Source: Chloroflexota bacterium (GTDB lineage Bacteria; Chloroflexota; UBA11872; UBA12225; JAJDUF01). Taken from it: a DNA stretch of 64,000 nt. Under the pieces are notes generated by a model. It saw only the letters and a list, made by a program, of their open reading frames with translations. It was not told the DNA's origin and did no database searches. The translations under genes and the position numbers were made by a program. Numbering within the stretch: position 1 is the stretch's first letter; every line of letters begins with the position of its first letter. Location of the stretch: the NCBI GenBank assembly GCA_965214295.1, contig OZ243944.1:917099-981098 (forward strand), in the 5' to 3' direction. Below, piece after piece: positions 44,723 to 53,742 of this stretch.

Positions 44723-44811
44723 GACCGCCGGAGTTTTGGCTGGCGAGACGGAACCGGCCGCGCCAGCAGAGTAGTCCTGCTACGGGCATGATTGCAGCGC
44801 AAACGGTGATG

Positions 44812-44856
44812 GGCCAAAGCCGCACGGATAGGGACAGGTGTGGTGCGGCTTTGGCC
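44812..44856. repeat. E-type hairpin element (intergenic, upstream of GT9 gene)
   Basis: GGCCAAAGCCGCAC-ggatagggacaggtgtg-GTGCGGCTTTGGCC, a perfect 14-bp stem. Confidence 0.88.
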
Positions 44857-44865
44857 TATCAGCGC

Positions 44866-45891
44866 GTGCTCGTGGCCCGGCCCGGCGCCCTCGGTGACAC
44901 GCTGCTCGTCGCTCCGGCACTGGCACGACTGCGCCAGGCCCAACCCCAGGCCGAACTGACGTACTGGGGCAATGAACCGGCCGCCGGCCTCCTGCGCCAG
45001 CTAGGCCTCGTGGATCGGGTCGTCTCGTTCGAGCACCTCGCGCTGGTCCCCCTCTTCATCGGCGCCGGTAGTATGCGCGGCCCGGGGGCGGCCAGCCGCA
45101 TTGGGCGGCTGCTCAACCGTCCCGAGGCGGCAGTGCTGTGGCTGCGGCGGAGCGACGATGTGCAGCAGGCACTCGCCGCGCTGAATTGCCCAACGGTGGT
45201 CAGCACACCGTCGCTGCCGCCGGGCGCACGCACCGACGGCACCGTCGAGCCGGGTACAACCCCGTCCCACGTGGCCGTCTACCTCGTGCAGACCCTCGAC
45301 ACCTGGCTCGGGCCGCGTTCGGGCCGCGCGTTACCCTTGTCGCGGCTCGTACCGACGGCAGAAGCGCAGGCGTGGGCTACAGGCCTGTGGCGGCGGCTAG
45401 GCCTCTCCGACGATCAGCCGGTCGTCGTACTGCACCCGGGCAGCGGCAGTGCGCGCAAGAACTGGCCGGTGGAGCGGTTTGCGTCCGTCGCTACGCTGCT
45501 GGCCGCCCAGGACGTGGTCACACTCTTGATCGCGGGGCCGGCGGACGTCACGGCCGCGGCCCGGGTGGCGGCGCTGGCCGGGGAATCTGTCCGCCGGGTG
45601 CCGCCGGCAACGCTCGACGAGATCGCGGCGCTGCTCGGCCGCTGCCGGGCCTATCTGGGGAACGACTCCGGTATTACCCACCTGGCAGCGCTCACCGGGA
45701 CACCGACCGTGGCCATCTTCGGCCCGACCGATCCCACGGTATGGCGGCCGCTGGGGCAGCACGCCCGGGTGGTGCGCGCCGCCGGCCAAGGCGATGCGGC
45801 TTGGCCGACGGTGGAGGAGGTGGGTGAGGCGGTGTTGCTGGCCTTGGATTGTGGCGCCGCACCCCCTGACGGGCCAAAGCCGCACGGATAG
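44866..45891 (+). CDS. glycosyltransferase family 9 (heptosyltransferase-like)
   Basis: VLVARPGALGDTLLVAPAL and GNDSGITHLAA motifs. ORF 44788 includes a hairpin repeat, so GTG 44866 is preferred. The stop codon lies inside another repeat copy. Confidence 0.85.
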   Translation: MLVARPGALGDTLLVAPALARLRQAQPQAELTYWGNEPAAGLLRQLGLVDRVVSFEHLALVPLFIGAGSMRGPGAASRIGRLLNRPEAAVLWLRRSDDVQQALAALNCPTVVSTPSLPPGARTDGTVEPGTTPSHVAVYLVQTLDTWLGPRSGRALPLSRLVPTAEAQAWATGLWRRLGLSDDQPVVVLHPGSGSARKNWPVERFASVATLLAAQDVVTLLIAGPADVTAAARVAALAGESVRRVPPATLDEIAALLGRCRAYLGNDSGITHLAALTGTPTVAIFGPTDPTVWRPLGQHARVVRAAGQGDAAWPTVEEVGEAVLLALDCGAAPPDGPKPHG

Positions 45892-45912
45892 TGCCAGGTG
45901 CGGCTCCCCGGT
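45868..45912. repeat. E-type hairpin element, imperfect copy, containing the GT9 stop codon
   Basis: GACGGGCCAAAGCCGCAC-ggatagtgccag-GTGCGGCTCCCCGGTC. The TAG of ggaTAGtgc terminates ORF 44866..45891. Confidence 0.7.
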
Positions 45913-46003
45913 CGGTCCGGATGGCGGCTTGCGCCGCAGTGACGGGGGCCGGGGTGGGGATGTAGCCACGCACGAAAAAACCTACCCCTATCAGGTGGAT
46001 CTG

Positions 46004-47224
46004 CTACCCGTCGGAGGACCAACTGGCGATGAAGGCCTCCGTCTCGACGCTGGGGGGGAGCTCGTTGAAGTAGTAGTACATCGGACGCGACTGAAAGGCC
46101 GGCTCGAATAGCTCGTGATCGGCCTGGAGATCGGCATCGAGCTGCTTGAACCGGCTCCACAGGGTCTCGATCTCTGCGATGGAGAAGCGGTCGGCAAACT
46201 CCGCGCCCCAGTTCAGACTGATCGGGTGTGGCCCGTAGGCCCGTGACCGGGCGTCCTCGGTTACTGCGGCGTCGGGGATTTTCAGGACACGCATGTGGAT
46301 CACGGCCTTGGACAGGTAGATCGTCAGCACCGTCTTGCCGCTCGCGCCAGCGCCCGGTTGGAGCGCCGCCAAGCTGGACCGGTAGGCCGCTGCGTCGCGG
46401 GCGATGACCGCGCGCAGGGCAGCCGCCGTGAGGTCCTGCATGCGGGCGCTGCGACGATTCATGCTCTCGAACCGCTCGCGTGCCCAGGGCGCCAGGCTCT
46501 CGGCGAAGCCAAGCTCCGGGTAGTGCCCAAAGATGGCGTGGCCGCCGTGGAGCGTGCGGCGCAGCTTGGTGGTGTAGTCGCTGCCCCAGTGGATCAGGAA
46601 GTTGCTATAGATCACGCCGTCTCCGGCCCGCAACTCGACCGGGATACCACCAGTTACCGCCTTCATTCTGTCCGCTGACAGCTCGGCGTTTTCCTGGGCG
46701 GTATTCAGGCGCTGGTGGCTGCCCGGGATGACCCAGAGCACGTTGTCATCGTACAGAGGCACGTTCCACTGGGTATAGCGGGGGCCATTCTCCAGGAAGT
46801 CCGCCTGGAGCGCCGCCAAGGGAGCCATATCTATCGGATGAACGTCGCGGTGCCAGCCAGTGCCGCCCGGATGGTCGCGCACCGGGCTGCACATCATCAT
46901 CATCTGCATCACGTTCGGCTCGGGGTTACAGAGAAGCTGGCTGCAAATGTCGAGGGTCCGGTCCGCAACCCAGAAGTCTTCGACGACATTGGCGGTCTCC
47001 GCGTCAATCAGCCCCGGTCGCTCCATCATCACGCGGGGCTGGCGAGCCGTTTCCCACTGGCCGCCGGGTGGGTCGCCGGGCTGCCGCTCGCGTGCCCAGA
47101 CGGCCTTTTGCCGCTCCAGGATGGTCTCGCAGCTGGCGCGCATGGCATCGATCTTGTCCGGCGGAATGATCTCGGGGATGACAAGATACCCCTGGTCCAT
47201 GAACCGGTCGCGGTCTACGCGCAT
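46004..47224 (-). CDS. phytanoyl-CoA dioxygenase (PhyH)-family Fe(II)/2OG oxygenase
   Basis: GGGAGGG before ATG 47224. MRVDRDRFMDQGYLVIPEII..., WHRD and HWGS-type motifs. Confidence 0.85.
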   Translation of the reverse strand: MRVDRDRFMDQGYLVIPEIIPPDKIDAMRASCETILERQKAVWARERQPGDPPGGQWETARQPRVMMERPGLIDAETANVVEDFWVADRTLDICSQLLCNPEPNVMQMMMMCSPVRDHPGGTGWHRDVHPIDMAPLAALQADFLENGPRYTQWNVPLYDDNVLWVIPGSHQRLNTAQENAELSADRMKAVTGGIPVELRAGDGVIYSNFLIHWGSDYTTKLRRTLHGGHAIFGHYPELGFAESLAPWARERFESMNRRSARMQDLTAAALRAVIARDAAAYRSSLAALQPGAGASGKTVLTIYLSKAVIHMRVLKIPDAAVTEDARSRAYGPHPISLNWGAEFADRFSIAEIETLWSRFKQLDADLQADHELFEPAFQSRPMYYYFNELPPSVETEAFIASWSSDG

Positions 47225-47501
47225 GTCCGTACCCTCCCTCGCCGGTGACTTACTAGGATAGCTAGGCCCACTCGCGGTAATGTTCCTCTGCAACCCATAC
47301 ACTCACCCGAGGCTGATAGCAGCGTGTTGCAGATGGTTATCGGAGCTTACGGCCGATGTGCGGCGCTTGTCAATCGGCGTGGTCTGCGTAGAGGAGACGG
47401 CTGCTGGGAGCGGTGCTCCGCCGCACAACTTCCTGCTCTGGCTCGGTTCGCTCCAGGGGGCGCCCTCTTGTATCCTGGGGCCGGGTCGCTGGAGGGTGAA
47501 C

Positions 47502-48260
47502 ATGAGGACAATTCGGGACGTGCTGTGGCTCTGGGGCACGACAGTGAATGCTCTGCATTACTATGGCTTTACCACATCCAAGCTGTCGGTCGCCGAGGGG
47601 CTGGACATCCTGGGGCTACCCAGAGCAATGATGTGTGGCAACTTGCCGCCGACGGAGGAGGAGTACGCTGGCGTCGCGCACTGCCGTGAGCTGTTGTGGG
47701 AGATGAGCTTCGACGCCGGATTCGCGTTCGAGCGGCCGCTGGCGCCCATCGTGAAGCTGCACCAAGGCCACCCGAACGTCACTGGCGTACTTTTGGACGA
47801 CTTCAGCACGGCGGAGATCAGCCGGGGAGCGACTCCCGACGCGCTGGCGCGGATGCGCCGTGCCATGCCGTCCTCGCTCCAGCTCTGGGCCGTCATCTAC
47901 TCGATGAGTCTGGACATGCCTAATCTGGCCGAGTATCTCCGGTACCTGGACGGGATCAGCTTTTGGGTATGGCACGGCCGCGACCTCCCCACCCTGGCCG
48001 CACAGGTCGAGCAATGCCACACCCTGAGCGGGGACAAGCCGCTCATCCTAGGTCTCTACTTCTACAACTTCGGCGAGCGCCGGCCACTCACCACCGAGGA
48101 AATGCGCGGGCAATTGGAGACGGGACTGGAGTTGGTGCGCGCCGGTCGCTGTCGCGGGCTTTGTTTTCTCTCCTCCTCGGTCATGGATGTAGGTTTGGAC
48201 GCTGTAGCGTGGACCCGGCAGTGGATCGCCGCGCACGGCGACGACCCACTGATAAAGTAG
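47502..48260 (+). CDS. hypothetical protein (unknown function)
   Basis: GGAGGG before ATG 47502. 252 aa with normal composition. The upstream part of ORF 47280 looks non-coding. Confidence 0.6.
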   Translation: MRTIRDVLWLWGTTVNALHYYGFTTSKLSVAEGLDILGLPRAMMCGNLPPTEEEYAGVAHCRELLWEMSFDAGFAFERPLAPIVKLHQGHPNVTGVLLDDFSTAEISRGATPDALARMRRAMPSSLQLWAVIYSMSLDMPNLAEYLRYLDGISFWVWHGRDLPTLAAQVEQCHTLSGDKPLILGLYFYNFGERRPLTTEEMRGQLETGLELVRAGRCRGLCFLSSSVMDVGLDAVAWTRQWIAAHGDDPLIK

Positions 48261-48404
48261 TGAGCGCTCAGGGTGAACGCAGAGGCTCGGGTTAGTCGTA
48301 CCCGGTGATGTACACGTTTGCACCGCCTTCATCCGGGGCATAGGATGGTGCCAACGGGCGTCGTCAGAAGTACGGGAAACTCTGCCGCCCGATGGAGGTG
48401 TTGC

Positions 48405-49166
48405 ATGAGTGTTGAGCAACTGCGCGAGCTGTGGCGTGAGGATCGGCCGGTCAGTGCAGCCTGGCTCTCGACGACCGATGGCCTGATCGCTGAGACGATG
48501 GCCCACAGCGGGTTCGACGTGCTAGTACTCGATATGCAGCACGGCATGACGATTGGGCCGGACCGGGCCGCAGCCTGGCTGCAAGCTGTCGGGAACGCCG
48601 ACGTCGCAGCCCTCGTGCGCGTCCCTTGGAATGAGCCGGTCCACATCCAATACGTCCTCGACGCCGGGGCCGACGGGGTGATCGTCCCCTTGATCGCCTC
48701 ACCCGCCGACGCGGCCAAGGCTGCCGGGGCCTGTCGCTATCCACCGCTGGGGTTCCGTAGCTGGGGGCCTAATCGCGCCCGTTTTCGCGCCACCGGTGAC
48801 TACCGCCGCTGGGCGAACGAGCAAGTGGTGTGTATTGCGCTGGTCGAGCACATTGACGCCGTGAACCAAATCGAGGCGATTGTCGAGACGCCGGGTCTCG
48901 ACGGCGTGTTCATCGGGCCGAACGATCTAGGCTTCAGCATGGGTCAGCTCCCAGGGGAGCACGACAAGCAGCATGCGGCCGCCTGCCAGCGGGTCGCCGA
49001 CGTAGCACGAGCGGCGAACAAGGTCGCGGGGATCTACAGCGGCGCCGACCCGGAAGATGCACTGCGCTACGTGGCACAGGGGTTCAACTTCTGCCCGATT
49101 GCCAGCGACGTAGGGCTGGTCCGCGATGGCGCCGCCGCGGCCATCGAGCGCTTCCGACAGGGCTAA
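48405..49166 (+). CDS. HpcH/HpaI-family aldolase
   Basis: GGAGGTG before ATG 48405. ...GFDVLVLDMQHG...LVRVP...GADGVIVP... class II aldolase pattern. Confidence 0.88.
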   Translation: MSVEQLRELWREDRPVSAAWLSTTDGLIAETMAHSGFDVLVLDMQHGMTIGPDRAAAWLQAVGNADVAALVRVPWNEPVHIQYVLDAGADGVIVPLIASPADAAKAAGACRYPPLGFRSWGPNRARFRATGDYRRWANEQVVCIALVEHIDAVNQIEAIVETPGLDGVFIGPNDLGFSMGQLPGEHDKQHAAACQRVADVARAANKVAGIYSGADPEDALRYVAQGFNFCPIASDVGLVRDGAAAAIERFRQG

Positions 49167-49324
49167 AGCTAGCGGCCACAGTGGCGGATCAGCTAGCCAC
49201 CCGCGACTCGTGTCGTGGCTCCTCAAATCATTACCCCGACTGGCTCAGGTCACAGTGGCCATGGGCAGGGCTGTGCTGCGAGGCGGTCACGCAGCGACGG
49301 TGCGCTGCAGCACCTATGCCAGGT

Positions 49325-50527
49325 TCAGAGCCGCAGGCGTGCCCAGCGGACGCCGACGGCAGCATCGTCGCCAGCGTAGAAGACCACCAGGATATCGCCA
49401 CCCGGCAGGTGTACGGCGCGCGGGTGGCCGAAGCGCCAGGCGAGCATGTCCTGCCATAGCTCGCGTTGATCGCGCGGCGTCTCCGTCCCGGACTCGGCCC
49501 CGGCCGGGCTGGCGTACACTGCAAGATCGCGGGTCCGGTCCCAGGTGCGGCCGAAGTCCCGGCTGACGGCGGCACGGATCCCCGGTGGCTGGCGCCGGTG
49601 GGCGTAGACCGCCACCAACCGGTCGCCGCCGACGGGCAGAGGTTGGCAATGCTGGCCAGGTAGACCGGTCCCAACAGGCTGCGTCCAGGAGCGGCCATCG
49701 GGAGCACCCCAGGCAATGTGGATATCCCGATCTTGGCCGGTGGTCGCATCGTGGGTCCAGAACATCGCGACCAACCGGCCGGTGTCCGGCTGCCGGCCGA
49801 GGCGCTGATCCCAGTAGTAGAGCGCGGCATCGGGATGTTCGGCCACGGTGACGTACTCCGGCCAGGTCACACCGGCATCGTAAGAGAGGCGCAGGCGGGC
49901 GCCGGGCCGCGGGCGGATGTGGTCGTCGTAGGCTTTCCAGTGCTCGTAGGGCTGGGCCAGCACAGCTCGCCGGTGCAAGCTCCGGCGGTCGTTGGCCTCG
50001 GCTGCCAGTCTAGCAGGGCCGGAGCTTGCACCAGCGACATCGGGCAACGCCAGGATGGGCGAGGAGCAGGGCGATGCCGCGACGTGCGGCGCGGTAGCCA
50101 TCGGGCGCCGGACACCCCAGGTACGACCGCCGTCGGTGGAGGTGGTATGGAAAACACGCATCGGCAGTAGCCCCTGGGTCTGCGGGCTGATCCACGGCAG
50201 CTCAGGCCGCGAACGATCCACCCACAGGCTCGTGCCGGTGAGCTTACCGGGAGTCAACTCCGTAATCGCGAGGCACTTGACCTCGCCGGGAGTATCGTCC
50301 CACGCACCGAGACCAACACCGTCGTGGCGCTGCTCCCAGGTCATGTCCTGATCCACGCTGGCATACACGCAGACGTGCCCATCCAACGAATCGCGGGCGC
50401 TGCCGCGCCGAAAGGCAACGAGCACGGTGTTATCATGGAGGAGGCTAACCGTCGTGTGAGCGCACACGCGACCGTGGCGCGGCCCCGTGCTCGCATCGTA
50501 CACATAGCCGGATCCGATAACGCGCAT
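49325..50527 (-). CDS. BNR/Asp-box repeat beta-propeller protein (sialidase-like glycosyl hydrolase fold)
   Basis: Asp-boxes STDGGRTW, SYDAGVTW, SRDFGRTW. Confidence 0.8.
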   Translation of the reverse strand: MRVIGSGYVYDASTGPRHGRVCAHTTVSLLHDNTVLVAFRRGSARDSLDGHVCVYASVDQDMTWEQRHDGVGLGAWDDTPGEVKCLAITELTPGKLTGTSLWVDRSRPELPWISPQTQGLLPMRVFHTTSTDGGRTWGVRRPMATAPHVAASPCSSPILALPDVAGASSGPARLAAEANDRRSLHRRAVLAQPYEHWKAYDDHIRPRPGARLRLSYDAGVTWPEYVTVAEHPDAALYYWDQRLGRQPDTGRLVAMFWTHDATTGQDRDIHIAWGAPDGRSWTQPVGTGLPGQHCQPLPVGGDRLVAVYAHRRQPPGIRAAVSRDFGRTWDRTRDLAVYASPAGAESGTETPRDQRELWQDMLAWRFGHPRAVHLPGGDILVVFYAGDDAAVGVRWARLRL

Positions 50528-50690
50528 CAGTGGTTTCTCTGCTTCCCGTCACACCAGGTTTCCCCGGTGTGACGGGCGTTGCGCGAAACTCCCAACTCGT
50601 AGCCCATGGTGTTACACTAAGGATAGTCCCCTCGCCGCTGCTTGCCACGGCCGGCGTCCTTGCCTACACCCAAGGAGCACCACTCAACCC

Positions 50691-51713
50691 ATGAGCACCC
50701 TTGCCCACCGCAGCGACCTGGCCATCGAAGCGACGGATCTCACGAAAGTCTACAAGGACGGCGTCAAAGCCAATGACCAGCTTAACGTCCGCGTGCAGCG
50801 AGGTCAGGTCTACGGTCTGCTCGGACCCAACGGCGCTGGGAAAAGCACGTTCGTCCAGCAGGTGCTGGGCCTGATCGAGCCAACTGCTGGGAGCATCTCG
50901 GTCTTTGGAGCCGACCCGGTACGTGAGCCGGACACCGTGAAGCGAATGATCGGCTACTTGCCCCAGACGACCTTCGCGATGCGTGATCTGTACGCGGAGG
51001 AGGCTATTTACTTTACCGGACGGCTCAAGGGCCTCTCGCATCGGGCGACGATAGACCAGCGTGAGGAGTTGTTTCGCGTGTTCGACTTGGAGGAGATACG
51101 GCGCAAGGCGGTGTTTCAGGCCTCCGGTGGGATGCAACGGATGGCCGGCTTCGTCGCCGCGCTGCTGGGCCATCCGCCGCTGCTGGTCCTGGACGAGCCG
51201 ACGAACGATCTCGACCCGCTCCGGCGGCGGGCCGTTTGGGACATGATTCGGCGCGTCGTCAATGAGAACGGCGCAGCGTGCTTGCTGGTTACTCATAATG
51301 TGCTGGAGGCCGAGCGCGTCGTGGATCGCGTGGCGCTCATCAACAACGGGCGCGTCGTTGCCGAAGGGACACCGGGGGGGCTAAAGGAGCGCCTGGGAGA
51401 CTCATTGCGGGTGGAGGTGTGGCTGCGCGAGGACTCCCTGCTCAGTGCCGACCAACTAGCAGACTTGTCGGCACTGGGCACCCTCCGCCAGCCACGCCCG
51501 CAACAGCTCTCACTCCGCGTGCCGCTCGACGGTGTGGGGACCACGGTGGACCGCACGCTGGCGACGGTTGGCTTGGAGGCCATTGATGACTTTCGGGTCG
51601 CTACCGCCTCACTGGAAGATGTCTACATAGAGCTGGTCGGACAATCCATTGCCGACGATGGCGGGGAGGTAGCGGCGGTGCTTCCCGATGAGGCACCGGT
51701 GGCGGCGGGGTGA
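50691..51713 (+). CDS. ABC transporter ATP-binding protein
   Basis: Walker A GPNGAGKST, signature ASGGMQRM, Walker B LLVLDEP. Confidence 0.92.
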   Translation: MSTLAHRSDLAIEATDLTKVYKDGVKANDQLNVRVQRGQVYGLLGPNGAGKSTFVQQVLGLIEPTAGSISVFGADPVREPDTVKRMIGYLPQTTFAMRDLYAEEAIYFTGRLKGLSHRATIDQREELFRVFDLEEIRRKAVFQASGGMQRMAGFVAALLGHPPLLVLDEPTNDLDPLRRRAVWDMIRRVVNENGAACLLVTHNVLEAERVVDRVALINNGRVVAEGTPGGLKERLGDSLRVEVWLREDSLLSADQLADLSALGTLRQPRPQQLSLRVPLDGVGTTVDRTLATVGLEAIDDFRVATASLEDVYIELVGQSIADDGGEVAAVLPDEAPVAAG

Positions 51714-51749
51714 TAAGTCTGCTGCAAGGATTGAACAGAGGCTAGACCA

Positions 51750-52493
51750 TTGAAACGACTCTGGCTGAACTACATCCACCTGACGGCGGTGATCGTGCTG
51801 GAATTCCGGCAATGGCTCGGCATGGTCCTGGGACTATCGGTCTTCCTTAATCTGGGAATGATCTTCGCCTTCTCCTTCATTGCCGACAGCCGCGAGCCGG
51901 CGCTGGGGCAGTACTTCGTTCCGGGCGCGGCCGTCATGGCGCTAGTGACGCTGGGGGTCATGATGGTGGCCTCGGACCTGGCGCAACAGCGCCGCAATGG
52001 GGCCATCGTCTACTACGCCTCGCTCCCGATCAGCAAGACGGCCTATATCCTGGCCGTCGTGACCGGCAATAGCCTCGCGGCCATCCCCGGAATGATCATT
52101 ACGGTGCTCGTCGGCGGCTGGCTCTTCAGCCTGCCCTTGTCGTTCAACCCCCTCGTCCTGCTCGTCGTGCCGTTGAGTGCCGTTTCGCTGGCTGGGCTGG
52201 GGGCCATGATCGGTCTCGGCATCAAGAACTGGCGCGTGGTGGGGATGGTCAGCCAACTCACGATGTTCTTCATCATGTTTTTCGCGCCGGTGATGATTCC
52301 GCCGGAGCGCCTGCCCGGCCTCCTGCAATGGACCGGCCACCTGCTCCCGCCAAGCTACGCGGCGCGGGCGTTCCGCGCCGCGCTGGAGCCAGGCATCTCA
52401 ATCCAGCTACTCAGTGATCTCGCGGTCTTGGCGCTGTTCTCGCTCGGCTCCCTGCTCGTCGTCGCCCGCGTCCTCAAGTGGCGGCTGGAATAG
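51750..52493 (+). CDS. ABC-2 type transporter permease
   Basis: 247 aa with 6 predicted TM segments, immediately after the ATPase. Confidence 0.85.
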   Translation: MKRLWLNYIHLTAVIVLEFRQWLGMVLGLSVFLNLGMIFAFSFIADSREPALGQYFVPGAAVMALVTLGVMMVASDLAQQRRNGAIVYYASLPISKTAYILAVVTGNSLAAIPGMIITVLVGGWLFSLPLSFNPLVLLVVPLSAVSLAGLGAMIGLGIKNWRVVGMVSQLTMFFIMFFAPVMIPPERLPGLLQWTGHLLPPSYAARAFRAALEPGISIQLLSDLAVLALFSLGSLLVVARVLKWRLE

Positions 52494-52600
52494 GCCGCAT
52501 CTCCGGCAACCTTACCGCCGCACCTCCAGCCCCTCGTTGGCCCCCCCGACTCCCCGGCTTGCTGTAGGCTATCTCCTACCGAGCCGCGAGGAGGGATGAC

Positions 52601-53188
52601 ATGGCAACGATGGACGAGCTGCGCGCGAGCGTGCGGCGGAGCTTCCCGGAGCTTGACGCAATCGAGGACGCCGCGCTGCGTGACAAAGTGGTGGAGGCGT
52701 GGGCCTTTGCCCTCTCGCAGACGGAGTTTACCGCTATCGAGCAGATACGCGGCTCCGGCAACCCGACGACGCCGCGTCTGAAGGAGGGCACGCAGACCGA
52801 GCATCTGCGCGGCGTCGCCCGCTTGGCGTTGGCTATGTCTGAGTCGTTAGAGCAGGTCGTCGGCCCGGTGGGGATCAATCGCGATCTGCTGATTGCCTGT
52901 GCGCTGTGCCACGATGTCGGCAAACCGTTCGAGTTCAGCCCGCGCAACCAGGCCCGCTGGCGGGCCGATCCCGCCGCCGTGGGCTATCCTTCCATCCGCC
53001 ACCCTCCTTACGGTGTCCATGTGGCCCTCACCGTCGGTCTCCCGGAAGCGGTCGCGCATACCGCGGGTGCCCACTCCGGGGAGGGCGAGCGCGTCGAGCG
53101 GAGCCTGGAGAACACCATCGTCCACCTCGCCGATCACGCCTTCTGGACAATCCTCGGTCGAGCCGGAGCATTGACGGAAGAAACGTAG
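52601..53188 (+). CDS. HD-domain phosphohydrolase
   Basis: H...HD motif (CALCHDVGK) and downstream His/Asp (HTAGAHSGEG...HLADH). Confidence 0.85.
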   Translation: MATMDELRASVRRSFPELDAIEDAALRDKVVEAWAFALSQTEFTAIEQIRGSGNPTTPRLKEGTQTEHLRGVARLALAMSESLEQVVGPVGINRDLLIACALCHDVGKPFEFSPRNQARWRADPAAVGYPSIRHPPYGVHVALTVGLPEAVAHTAGAHSGEGERVERSLENTIVHLADHAFWTILGRAGALTEET

Positions 53189-53318
53189 CCGGGACGCGAC
53201 TTGACCGCGGCAGTGGCGTTACCTAGACTGGTGACACACGGCGGCCAGGGAAAGGGAGGGCGTGCCAGCCACAGAAGTCACCGCGCGGAGGCAAGTAGGT
53301 ACACCTGGTACACATAGG

Positions 53319-53651
53319 ATGGGGAAGATGGCTACGAGCGTAGACGAGCAAGCCTACGATGTGCAGATTGAGTTCACCGTACCCGAGGAGCACAACCGCT
53401 TCTGGGCCATTCCAATCCTGGGCATCGCCGTCAAGCTCATTATCCTCATTCCGCATATGATTATCGTCTATGTACTCGGCATAGTGGTAACAGTGCTCGC
53501 TCTTGTCACTTGGATACCGGTGCTGTTCGGCGGCCACTATCCCTCTTGGGGCTACGAAATCGTCGGCGGCTCCTTCCGCTATAGTACGCGGGTGAACGCC
53601 TACCTCTTTGGCCTGACGGACCAGTACCCGCCCTTCCGCTTGGGCCGGTAA
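53319..53651 (+). CDS. DUF4389-family membrane protein
   Basis: ...NRFWAIPILGIAVKLIILIPHMIIV...WIPVLFGGHYPSWGYEIVGGSFRYSTRVNAYLFGLTDQYPPF matches the DUF4389 pattern. Start uncertain (53262/53319/53328). Confidence 0.75.
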   Translation: MGKMATSVDEQAYDVQIEFTVPEEHNRFWAIPILGIAVKLIILIPHMIIVYVLGIVVTVLALVTWIPVLFGGHYPSWGYEIVGGSFRYSTRVNAYLFGLTDQYPPFRLGR

Positions 53652-53695
53652 GTACGGTTGGCAGTGTTGAACGGGCATTATCGTGAGGCGACGCC

Positions 53696-53723
53696 GTAGG
53701 GGCGCAGCATGCTGCGCCCCTAC
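53696..53723. repeat. C-type 28-nt perfect palindrome
   Basis: GTAGGGGCGCAGCATGCTGCGCCCCTAC, identical to 12445..12472. Degenerate copy near 34008..34033. Confidence 0.9.
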
Positions 53724-53742
53724 CTAAGGAGGGAACCGGTAT

